From positions 73,380 through 137,379 of the forward strand of contig JABGUJ010000003.1 in NCBI GenBank assembly GCA_018646625.1: a stretch of 64,000 nucleotides of DNA, read 5' to 3'. Shown piece by piece: positions 26,494 through 34,643 of this stretch (position 1 is the stretch's first letter; the number at the start of each line of letters is the position of its first letter). The notes beneath the pieces were generated by a model. The model was not told where the DNA came from. It made no database searches and worked only from the letters and a program-made list of their open reading frames with translations. This DNA comes from Candidatus Woesearchaeota archaeon (GTDB lineage Archaea; Nanobdellota; Nanobdellia; Woesearchaeales; JABGUJ01). Both the position numbers and the translations under genes were made by a program.

Positions 26494-27351
26494 TTAATTA
26501 CTTGTAAATCTGTCAGGAGCATCTACCACAACACCATCCACTCCTAAACTCTTGGCACGTTTATAATCTTCTTGAGTATGAATATCCCAAGCAAAAATGA
26601 AATAATTCTTATAACGATTCATAAAAGATTCATCAATCATATCCAGTCTAGGAACCAAGAAACAAACATTCGCCAACTCTTTGAACCAAGTTTCTCTAAG
26701 GTAAACTGCCAAGTCAGCTCTAAGATTCAAACCAACGTTAATATTAGAATCTAACCGTTTTAACCTCATCAAGACCAGAGGATTAAAAGCACTCACAAAC
26801 ACATTCTCGTACAGATCACGGTCTTTAATCATCTTGACCAACACAGGTTCAATACCCGTAGAAGCATAATCTTCATTCTTTACCTCTAACAAATACAAAG
26901 TATCTTTACCAAACTCATCAAATAATTCATCCAAAACAATCATTCGATCATCAGAATAATCAGTATAATTTCTGCCTATACGTACTTCTCTGAGTTCATC
27001 CAACGTCATATCTTTAACAAGCCTACCACTATCAGAAAAACGAGAAATGTCATAATCATGAAACAAAACAATCTTACCATCTTTAGTTAGATGCAGATCA
27101 GTTTCTAAAATGTCAGCACCTTTTTCTTTTGCCAACTTAAATGAGTTAAGAGAACTCTCAGGAGCATAATCCATAGCACCCCTATGAGCAATAACCGCAG
27201 GATCATTCTTTATAAGAGATCTATCAACATTAGGCTCAGGCTTATCAATCATTACAGAGAACGTCACAAGAAACATTAAAGCAATCAACAACAACACAAT
27301 AACAAAGAATAACTTTCTAACAGTTTTTATTGAGACTTTTTTACGGGCCAT
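26494..27351 (-). CDS. membrane-anchored glycerophosphodiester phosphodiesterase
   Basis: N-terminal TM helix. GDPD motifs IAHRGAMDYAPESS, ETDLHLTKDG, LFHD. Confidence 0.8.
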   Translation of the reverse strand: MARKKVSIKTVRKLFFVIVLLLIALMFLVTFSVMIDKPEPNVDRSLIKNDPAVIAHRGAMDYAPESSLNSFKLAKEKGADILETDLHLTKDGKIVLFHDYDISRFSDSGRLVKDMTLDELREVRIGRNYTDYSDDRMIVLDELFDEFGKDTLYLLEVKNEDYASTGIEPVLVKMIKDRDLYENVFVSAFNPLVLMRLKRLDSNINVGLNLRADLAVYLRETWFKELANVCFLVPRLDMIDESFMNRYKNYFIFAWDIHTQEDYKRAKSLGVDGVVVDAPDRFTSN

Positions 27352-27353
27352 CT

Positions 27354-27956
27354 TTAGTATTTTGCCTTGTTTCTCCCTCTAGACTCTACAATCTCAAATC
27401 TTTTTAAAACTTCCTTAGAATTCTCACAATTTTCTTCATAACTCTTCAGAACTTCAGCAAAAGCTGTTTCATATACTGTGTGATGCTTAGACTCTATTGC
27501 TTGCCTTAACAAATGCAAATCAACAGCTTTATCCTCAACTTTATCAGAAAAGAAACTCAATCCAAAATCAATCAGAAAAACTTCACCTTCACTCACCATC
27601 ATGTTAGAAGTAGTTAAATCTCCATGGATTATTCCTTCATTATGCAATCTCGCAACTAACTTACCAACTTCTGAAGCATATTTAGAATATTCAACATCAA
27701 ATACATCTCTTAGCTTCTCACCAGAGATCTTTTCCATGTGCAAGATACCATCTTTCCCTTCAACTCTCAAAGTCTTTGGCACAGGAAAACCTTTCTCCTT
27801 TAATCTGTCAAGAACTTTTGCTTCTCTCTTAGTTCTTGATTTTCTTAGATTAGAATCAATCACAGAATGCCTATAGGTTTTTACAAATCTCTCTTTAACT
27901 ATAACATCCCCATTCTCATATACCTTAGCTTCCGCACCTTGTGCTATCTGTTTCAT
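27354..27956 (-). CDS. bud32: Kae1-associated kinase Bud32 (KEOPS subunit)
   Basis: QGAEAKVY, HGDLTTSNMM and IDFGLS motifs. 200 aa. Confidence 0.85.
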   Translation of the reverse strand: MKQIAQGAEAKVYENGDVIVKERFVKTYRHSVIDSNLRKSRTKREAKVLDRLKEKGFPVPKTLRVEGKDGILHMEKISGEKLRDVFDVEYSKYASEVGKLVARLHNEGIIHGDLTTSNMMVSEGEVFLIDFGLSFFSDKVEDKAVDLHLLRQAIESKHHTVYETAFAEVLKSYEENCENSKEVLKRFEIVESRGRNKAKY

Positions 27957-28021
27957 AAAAACATGACAAACTCAACTCATTTATAAAATAATTGCCAAAG
28001 CCAGTGAAATAAGCAAATAAA

Positions 28022-28029
28022 TTTATATA
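28022..28029 (+). promoter_or_regulatory. TATA box (TTTATATA) 30 nt upstream of the ATG at 28052
   Basis: Canonical spacing with no SD. Confidence 0.5.
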
Positions 28030-28051
28030 GTAAATAAGCCAACACTAGCAT

Positions 28052-28783
28052 ATGAGCTTATTTGGTTTTTTTCACAGAAGCGAGATGGATAAATTTATCT
28101 CCGCAGTTAAGAAAAGAAAGCGGAATCTTCTACACACTACAAAACATCTTTTCGCTGAAGAAAAAAAAATGATACGACTTTCTGAATTAGAAAATCATCT
28201 TCTAACCTCTGCTGAAAAATTAGACCCTACTGAAAAAGCAGCAGTAGATAAAGTCATTGCAGAAAACAGAACAGAAGAACAAATTTTGAACTACTTAGCA
28301 AGAATCGAAAAGCAAGTTGTATCGCTAATTGAATCAAAAGATGTTGAAGCAATTCGAACAAGACTAAAAAAGTATCTTTATGTTATTGATCAATTAACAA
28401 GAAGGATAGGTAACCTCGAGAATACAAAAAAAGCTCAAATGGCGAGAATAACAGAAGAAGAAGAAAAACTCGCAAGAGATGCAGAAAGAAAAGCCTTTGG
28501 AAAAACAGTTCAAGATAGAGAAGATAAGAAAAAAGCATTAGAATTAATGAAACAAAGTCTTAAAGTTGAAAAGAAAGAGAACGCAATTGCAAGAAAAAGA
28601 TTTTTCAGAAGTGTAAGCGGTCTTGGTACAGGCGCAAACAAACTTATGACCGCACTCATGAAACTCACATCCGAAGCCGCAAAGGCGGCAGAAGAAGGCG
28701 CAAAGATTGCAGGTAACGTTGGAAAAATAGGTACTGCAGTGACTAAAAAGACTGCTGAAGTAGTTGCAAAGGCACTTAAATAG
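28052..28783 (+). CDS. coiled-coil hypothetical protein (243 aa)
   Basis: Long K/E-rich helical sequence with an A/G/K-rich amphipathic C-terminus. Confidence 0.45.
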   Translation: MSLFGFFHRSEMDKFISAVKKRKRNLLHTTKHLFAEEKKMIRLSELENHLLTSAEKLDPTEKAAVDKVIAENRTEEQILNYLARIEKQVVSLIESKDVEAIRTRLKKYLYVIDQLTRRIGNLENTKKAQMARITEEEEKLARDAERKAFGKTVQDREDKKKALELMKQSLKVEKKENAIARKRFFRSVSGLGTGANKLMTALMKLTSEAAKAAEEGAKIAGNVGKIGTAVTKKTAEVVAKALK

Positions 28784-28838
28784 CTAAGATAATTCTATAC
28801 AAAACTTTATAAAACAAATACTCAAGAAGCAACAGTAT

Positions 28839-28922
28839 GCTGCTGTGGCACAATCTGGTACTGCGCCGGTCTCGAAAACCGGTTTCCTCACGGATATCCC
28901 GGTTCAAATCCGGGCGGCAGCG
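28839..28922 (+). tRNA. tRNA-Ser (anticodon CGA)
   Basis: Hand-folded: 7-bp acceptor GCUGCUG/CGGCAGC, 3-bp D stem, anticodon stem CCGGU/ACCGG with loop CUCGAAA. A 15-nt variable arm and T arm CCCGG-UUCAAAU-CCGGG complete it. No encoded CCA. Confidence 0.9.
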
Positions 28923-28941
28923 TTTTATTTAACCCAAAGAC

Positions 28942-29958
28942 TTAATTCAAGTCTTCATAGAATTTTACTAACTCACCAACACAATTCTCAAAATCATCGT
29001 TATCAATAGTACGATCATACTTTAACTCATCTACAATACGACCATATCTAGGATCATAATAATTCTCTAACAAAATTCTAGAAACCTCATAATAGTTTTT
29101 TTCACCAAGACATTTCAACATCTCTTGATAATTCTTGTTTGAAAAATATTTCTTGAGAGTTTTAATTATTTCTTTAATTTTTTCATCTTCACCATGAGAA
29201 AAGTAATCTTTTACAATACGTTCAGATCTATTTTCAATTGAACAATTTATTCTTATTTTGACAGATTTTTCCATTTCTGAAAAAATAAGGTTAGGCACAA
29301 AGATTTTACCAACTTTATGTGCTTCTCCTTCTATGAAAACTAATTTTTCATTTGAAAGCTCATTAATCTTTGTGTATAACTCAGTCTCAAACGCTTTTTG
29401 CTCTCTAGGTTCTAAACCTATTGCGCCAAAAAGAGAACTTCTGTGTCTTGCAAGACCTTCTAAATCAATTATTGGAATTCCTTTTTTATGAAGTGCTTTT
29501 AGAAGATCGGTTTTACCACAACCGGCAAGACCTTGCAACATGATAAACTTGAATGGCAATTTATAATTTTCATACCACTTCCTCATATATGCTCTATAAC
29601 TTTTGTATCCGCCCTCAAGTTGATTTACTTCATAGCCTAATTTTTCTGTTAGTTCGGAGATTGTTTTAGACCTAAGTCCCCCTCTCCAACAATAAACAAC
29701 AATCTTTGTATTTTTATCTAGTTTGTTTAGCTGTTTTTTTAGATCAGCTAACTTACCTTCGTAAAGACCAAACCCCACTTCGTATGCTTTGTCTTGATTC
29801 TGCTTGTAAATAGTTCCTATTTCAGCACGTTCCTTGTTATCAAAAATAGGAATATTAAGAGAATTAGGAATATGATCCTTTTCAAACTCTGCGGGACTAC
29901 GAGTATCTACATAGATAGCATCAAGCTTCAATGCCTCTTTGATGGTTATAGGCTGCAT
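28942..29958 (-). CDS. selU: tRNA 2-selenouridine synthase (rhodanese + P-loop, SelU/MnmH type)
   Basis: Rhodanese active-site loop VVYCWRGGLRS, N-terminal IDTRSPAEFEKDHIPNSLNIP, and P-loop GLAGCGKT. Start set at the ATG at 29958; the track ORF extends to 30042. Confidence 0.75.
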   Translation of the reverse strand: MQPITIKEALKLDAIYVDTRSPAEFEKDHIPNSLNIPIFDNKERAEIGTIYKQNQDKAYEVGFGLYEGKLADLKKQLNKLDKNTKIVVYCWRGGLRSKTISELTEKLGYEVNQLEGGYKSYRAYMRKWYENYKLPFKFIMLQGLAGCGKTDLLKALHKKGIPIIDLEGLARHRSSLFGAIGLEPREQKAFETELYTKINELSNEKLVFIEGEAHKVGKIFVPNLIFSEMEKSVKIRINCSIENRSERIVKDYFSHGEDEKIKEIIKTLKKYFSNKNYQEMLKCLGEKNYYEVSRILLENYYDPRYGRIVDELKYDRTIDNDDFENCVGELVKFYEDLN

Positions 29959-30034
29959 ACTTATACAGAGAAATTCACTGTTTAATAACTTTACCGCTAA
30001 CTTAAACACACAAGACAGAGACGCAACTAGTTTA

Positions 30035-30346
30035 TTAGACATTCCTTAAGATAAGTATAAATGACAAATTCTCAGCAGCACTCAATGAATGTTTTGCATT
30101 CGCATCCATGAATATAAACACGCCAGGTTTCATATGAATATCTTCACCTTCAAGATTAAACACGCCAGAACCTTCAATAATATAAACATACCCTGCCTTT
30201 GTTGAAGTATGAGTAGATATGTCCGTATCTTTAGACATACTAAACAAGGTCACATCTCCAACCTCATCTTTCTTAATAACTTTACTCATTATACCACCAG
30301 TCGAATAACTAATGTGATCCCTCATTGACTCCCATTTGTTTTCCAT
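30035..30346 (-). CDS. cupin-domain protein (103 aa)
   Basis: Cupin_2-like pattern (HTS..GYVYIIEGSG...PG....DANAKHSL). GGGGTG SD upstream. Confidence 0.65.
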   Translation of the reverse strand: MENKWESMRDHISYSTGGIMSKVIKKDEVGDVTLFSMSKDTDISTHTSTKAGYVYIIEGSGVFNLEGEDIHMKPGVFIFMDANAKHSLSAAENLSFILILRNV

Positions 30347-30361
30347 TTCAATACACCCCTT

Positions 30362-31186
30362 TTATTTTATAGCACCATCAACGCCAACAATTTCTTTGAT
30401 AATTGGAACATTTTTACCAGATGCTTTAACAGCTTCTTCAACAGCAGCACACATCCCAAAACAACAAGGCACTTCCATTATGGCAACAGTAACTGACTTA
30501 ATGTTATTCTGTTTAAAGATCTCAGTTAACTTTTGAGTATACTCTGCAAGATTATCCAACTTAGGACAACCAATAACTATACTCTTACCGTGTAAAAGTT
30601 CACTATGAAAATTAGGATTCGCAAAACCAACACAATCAGCCGCAACTAATAAATGCGAATTATCAAAGAACGGTGCATGCGGTGGCAACAAGCTCAACTG
30701 TACAGGCCACTGTTTTAACGCAGACACATTATTACTAATTTCACCTTCAGAACCACATCCTGAATTAACTTCTCTCATTGCAGTCCCTGGACAACCACAA
30801 GCTAATTTTTCTCCCATCTTCTTCTCCTCCAAATCTACTTTAATTCCTTTTTCATCTAAATACGCCATAGCTTCATTATAATATTTAGTAGCGCCATGAT
30901 CTTTCAAATGATTAACATGAGCACGAATTGTATTATCACCCTTTGGTACAATATTTTCTTCCATCACTCTTCGTTCATCATAATCTTCAGCTTCACGTTC
31001 AACAATCTTCATCGCACCGGTTGGACAATGCCCAATACAAGCACCTAAACCATCACAAAACAAATCACTAATCAAACGAGCCTTACCATCAATTATCTGT
31101 AGAGCACCTTCATGGCAGTTAGGAACGCAATCCCCACAACCAGTACATTTGTCTTCATCAATTTCAATAATATCTCTTTTAGCCAT
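30362..31186 (-). CDS. 4Fe-4S dicluster-domain protein with Cys-rich C-terminal domain (274 aa)
   Basis: CTGCGDCVPNC and CDGLGACIGHCP motifs, plus further clusters (CGCPG, GCPKLD, VPCCFGMC). Confidence 0.7.
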   Translation of the reverse strand: MAKRDIIEIDEDKCTGCGDCVPNCHEGALQIIDGKARLISDLFCDGLGACIGHCPTGAMKIVEREAEDYDERRVMEENIVPKGDNTIRAHVNHLKDHGATKYYNEAMAYLDEKGIKVDLEEKKMGEKLACGCPGTAMREVNSGCGSEGEISNNVSALKQWPVQLSLLPPHAPFFDNSHLLVAADCVGFANPNFHSELLHGKSIVIGCPKLDNLAEYTQKLTEIFKQNNIKSVTVAIMEVPCCFGMCAAVEEAVKASGKNVPIIKEIVGVDGAIK

Positions 31187-31218
31187 AATAACACAACCTC
31201 ACACATCAAGTATAAATA

Positions 31219-31277
31219 AGATACTTAGTAGTAAAAAGATACTTATATAAATACTCAAGAGTATCTATAAAGATACT
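31219..31277. promoter_or_regulatory. operator array in the divergent promoter of hxlR and the Fe-S protein gene
   Basis: AGATACT occurs at 31219, 31237 and 31271. Palindrome AGTATCT-ATAA-AGATACT spans 31260-31277 and palindrome ATACTC-AA-GAGTAT spans 31251-31264. TTATATAAA box at 31243-31251. Confidence 0.5.
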
Positions 31278-31634
31278 ATGCACGAGAAATGTACAATATT
31301 TAGAACAACAGATTTTATTGGTAAGAAATGGACCCTCCTAATACTTTTTGAACTGTACAAAGGAGAAAGAATAAAACGACACAGCGATCTAAAAAAAGCT
31401 TTACCCAAGATAACGCCAAAAATACTATCAACAAGATTAAAAGAACTAGAACATGAAGGATTAATCAAAAAGAGAATAGACACAACAGAATTCCCAATCA
31501 AAACCTTTTACTCCTTAACACCACCAGGAAAAGATTTCTTCAAAGTAATCCAAGAAATAAAACAATGGTCGCTTAAATGGAAAGTCAAGAACAAAACATG
31601 CGAAAACTCTAATTGCGAAGAATGCACCCTCTAA
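31278..31634 (+). CDS. HxlR-family winged-helix transcriptional regulator
   Basis: C..F......IGKKWTLLIL..L......R.SDLKK.LP.ITPKILSTRLKELEHEGLI pattern. Confidence 0.85.
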   Translation: MHEKCTIFRTTDFIGKKWTLLILFELYKGERIKRHSDLKKALPKITPKILSTRLKELEHEGLIKKRIDTTEFPIKTFYSLTPPGKDFFKVIQEIKQWSLKWKVKNKTCENSNCEECTL

Positions 31635-31897
31635 GGAAACTCAGTTCTACCAACCCAAATAGGCAAAACAATAAAGTGCTGCACAGCATCTGACAAAAAC
31701 AAAGCCATACCAAATACAAAAAGTAATTCAACAGAATAAAGCAGATCAATTATAACCAACAACAATCCAACATAACCATGATGAATCCTCAGAGGAAACC
31801 TGTGCGACCAAAAACTCCGCCCAGAACCAAAGATTAATCTACACACACAATTAACCAGAACAAATAAGATAGTTAAAACAATAATCTCAAGCCACAT
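31631..31897 (-). CDS. small membrane protein (88 aa from the ATG)
   Basis: Three hydrophobic segments. Start is uncertain (TTG at 31909 or ATG at 31897). Confidence 0.35.
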   Translation of the reverse strand: MWLEIIVLTILFVLVNCVCRLIFGSGRSFWSHRFPLRIHHGYVGLLLVIIDLLYSVELLFVFGMALFLSDAVQHFIVLPIWVGRTEFP

Positions 31898-31928
31898 AAC
31901 AAAAAACAAGAATCTAGACTATAAAAAA

Positions 31929-32408
31929 CTATTTTATCAAAGAACCCATAACATCTTGAAAAAATACTCGCTCACTTTTGTAAAAAACTTCCTCAAGACC
32001 TTTAAAGTAAGCATAATCCCCATCAAGAGTAAATACATACTTAAAATCACCAGAACTAAACTCAGAAGGACCTCTAAAAGGCATAGCATCATCAAAATTC
32101 ATCAAAGCCTTCTTCAAAAAAGGAAAAGCCTCATTCTCAAAAAAATCAGAATCAAAAGCAGAATTATGCTGACCTTGATAAGACATACACCAAACAGGCA
32201 CACCACGAAGAAACACAACTTCTCTACCAGGTGCCCAAACAGCACCAGCATAAGAATCATGATAGCTATACTCACCATCAACAAAAGCATAATCCTTATG
32301 ACCATCTAAAACAGAATCACATTTATGTTTAGCCCTAACATCATCCGGAGCAGCATAAGTATGCCTATGCGCTTTTGCAATAAATTCCAACAACATTTTG
32401 AAGTCCAT
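31929..32408 (-). CDS. DUF5680-like protein (159 aa)
   Basis: Segment YHDSYAG..W.PGREVV...GVPVWCMSYQG resembles the DUF5680 family as I recall it. Needs HMM confirmation. Confidence 0.45.
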   Translation of the reverse strand: MDFKMLLEFIAKAHRHTYAAPDDVRAKHKCDSVLDGHKDYAFVDGEYSYHDSYAGAVWAPGREVVFLRGVPVWCMSYQGQHNSAFDSDFFENEAFPFLKKALMNFDDAMPFRGPSEFSSGDFKYVFTLDGDYAYFKGLEEVFYKSERVFFQDVMGSLIK

Positions 32409-32441
32409 AATTAAAATAAAATAATAATAAATTAATAAAGC

Positions 32442-33554
32442 TTACTCAAGCAATACCAATTCACCATTAACAACTTGCTTCATTCTAAAATCTACTTTAA
32501 CACCATAATACTCTTCATTAAAGTACAAAGGACCAGACACTCCTTGATATCCACTAACGCCATCAAGCTCATCATACAAACACTCTTGATCTCCAACAGC
32601 ACACTCCTCTAAGGCATCAAACAAAATGTTAGCAGCATCGTAAGAATATACTGTATAAGAAGACACATGATCAAACCCATAAATCTCTTTATAATCCTCT
32701 ACAACACGATCATAACCAGGTCCTTCACGAATATACATCCCCGTATAAATTAATCCTTCAGCATACGGTTCAACAACATCAAACACAGCAGGAGCTTCCA
32801 TCTCAAAGTTACTAACAATACGTCCTTCGTAACCCAACTCTTTAAACTGCGCAAGCATATTACCTGTAATATCGGTGTTAAAGTAAATAGCTTCAGCACC
32901 AGCTTCATCCAACTTAGAAATTATAGTTCTATAATCCCCATCAGAATAAACAAAACCTTCCATACCAACAATCTCACCGCCAATTCTCTCAAACTCTAAC
33001 TTAAAGTGATTCTTAAATTCCTCACCCCAGTCATTATTATAATAAAGAATTCCCGCCTTCCGAACACCTTGATCATATAAATAATTTGCAGCAACAATCG
33101 GCTCTTCCTTCACCAAGTGAGATACATGAAACTGATAATCATATATTCTTCCAAAATTATCTGAAGGAGTTACTACAACAAAATCATGTTGTTGAGCAAA
33201 CGCACCCGCAGTTTTAGATGAAGATCCACAAAACGGACCAAACACTGCCGCAACTTTATCAACATTATGCAACTTCATCAAACCATTAGCAGTTGGTTTT
33301 GGCAAACACTTCGTATCTTCAACTATCAATTTAATATTCTTACCTGCAACAGTATTATTTCTGTGCAACATAGCCAACTCTAAACCTTGCATAACATAAT
33401 CCCCGAAATGCTTTAGATCTCCAGTTCGCGGCAACACAACACCAATTTCAATTTCCCCTACTTTTTCAGAAACAACCACATTACCAGTAGACCCGCAGCC
33501 TACTAAAGATAGCACTAGAAGCACTAAAACCATGAAATTTAACAATCTAACCAT
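32442..33554 (-). CDS. ABC-type substrate-binding lipoprotein (Leu/Ile/Val-binding-like type I fold)
   Basis: Lipobox LSLVGC. GGAGG SD 8 nt before the ATG at 33554. Sequence resembles LivJ-type binding proteins. No permease or ATPase gene nearby. Confidence 0.75.
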   Translation of the reverse strand: MVRLLNFMVLVLLVLSLVGCGSTGNVVVSEKVGEIEIGVVLPRTGDLKHFGDYVMQGLELAMLHRNNTVAGKNIKLIVEDTKCLPKPTANGLMKLHNVDKVAAVFGPFCGSSSKTAGAFAQQHDFVVVTPSDNFGRIYDYQFHVSHLVKEEPIVAANYLYDQGVRKAGILYYNNDWGEEFKNHFKLEFERIGGEIVGMEGFVYSDGDYRTIISKLDEAGAEAIYFNTDITGNMLAQFKELGYEGRIVSNFEMEAPAVFDVVEPYAEGLIYTGMYIREGPGYDRVVEDYKEIYGFDHVSSYTVYSYDAANILFDALEECAVGDQECLYDELDGVSGYQGVSGPLYFNEEYYGVKVDFRMKQVVNGELVLLE

Positions 33555-33664
33555 TGTAACATCCTCCGTGACTAAAACCCCAGACAAATAAAACCAACAA
33601 ACAGATATATATTTATTCGATATTAAGAATATGTTTTATATTAAAAACGCCGAAGAATAGCAAT

Positions 33665-33676
33665 CTTTAAATATTA
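33665..33676 (+). promoter_or_regulatory. TATA-like box (CTTTAAATATTA) about 30 nt upstream of the ATG at 33696
   Basis: Canonical spacing with no SD. Confidence 0.45.
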
Positions 33677-33695
33677 GAAAAATACAACAAAAGAC

Positions 33696-34643
33696 ATGCG
33701 AAGAAAAATCATTAAACAAGGAAACAACTCATACACATTGACTCTTCCAATAAAGTGGATAAGACAACTCAATCTAGACAAAGAATCAGAATTAGAAATA
33801 GAAGAATCTCAACATAAACTCACACTAACACCATCAGGAAAACAGAAAAGAATAGAGAAAGCAACAGAATTCCATTTTACTAAAAAAGAATTCAACATTC
33901 CAGGATTAAAACACAGACATGTACAAAGAGTAATAGCTGCAGCATACAAAGCAGGATTCGATTCAATAAAAATTACAACCGATCATCCACCAGTTCTAGA
34001 CTACATAGAAAAAAGAATAAATTATTTTATGGGAATAGAAGTAGTAGACAGAGGAGAAAATTATTGTTTAATAAAAAATCTAGTTGCAGGATTAGATGAA
34101 GAATTTGACACAGTATTCAGAAGAGCATTCTTAATAACAAACAGAATAGGAAAAGAAAGTTTAGAATTAATTAAGAGAAACAAACACAAAGAGTTAACCA
34201 ACTTAAATTCATTAGAACAAACCAACAACAAGATCACAGACTTTTGCAAGAAACTTCTAGCAGTAAAAGACTACAAAGAACCAAAGAAAACAAAATACAT
34301 ATATGCATTAACTGCAGAAAACGAAAGACTCGTAGACGAGTTCAAATACATTTTCGACTATTTAGCAGAAAACAAAATTCATCTAACAAAAAACACAGTA
34401 AAACTATATGAATTAATCACAAAAGAAATAGAAAACTTCAACTCAGGATTCTACAAGTTCAGCATGGAACAAGTTTATGAATTATCTAAAAACAGAGAAG
34501 AAATAAACACATTAGCAAAACAACTATTCTTTAAAGTAGACAATAAAGAAAAATTAGTAATACACCACTTAATGAATATCTCAGTAAAAATTTACGAAAT
34601 GGGAGAAGCATATTTAGAAATGATTTTAAGCGACAAATCTTAG
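33696..34643 (+). CDS. AbrB/SpoVT-type DNA-binding domain fused to PhoU-like domain
   Basis: N-terminal KQGNNSYTLTLPIKWIRQLNL swapped-hairpin motif, then helical PhoU-like repeats. Confidence 0.7.
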   Translation: MRRKIIKQGNNSYTLTLPIKWIRQLNLDKESELEIEESQHKLTLTPSGKQKRIEKATEFHFTKKEFNIPGLKHRHVQRVIAAAYKAGFDSIKITTDHPPVLDYIEKRINYFMGIEVVDRGENYCLIKNLVAGLDEEFDTVFRRAFLITNRIGKESLELIKRNKHKELTNLNSLEQTNNKITDFCKKLLAVKDYKEPKKTKYIYALTAENERLVDEFKYIFDYLAENKIHLTKNTVKLYELITKEIENFNSGFYKFSMEQVYELSKNREEINTLAKQLFFKVDNKEKLVIHHLMNISVKIYEMGEAYLEMILSDKS

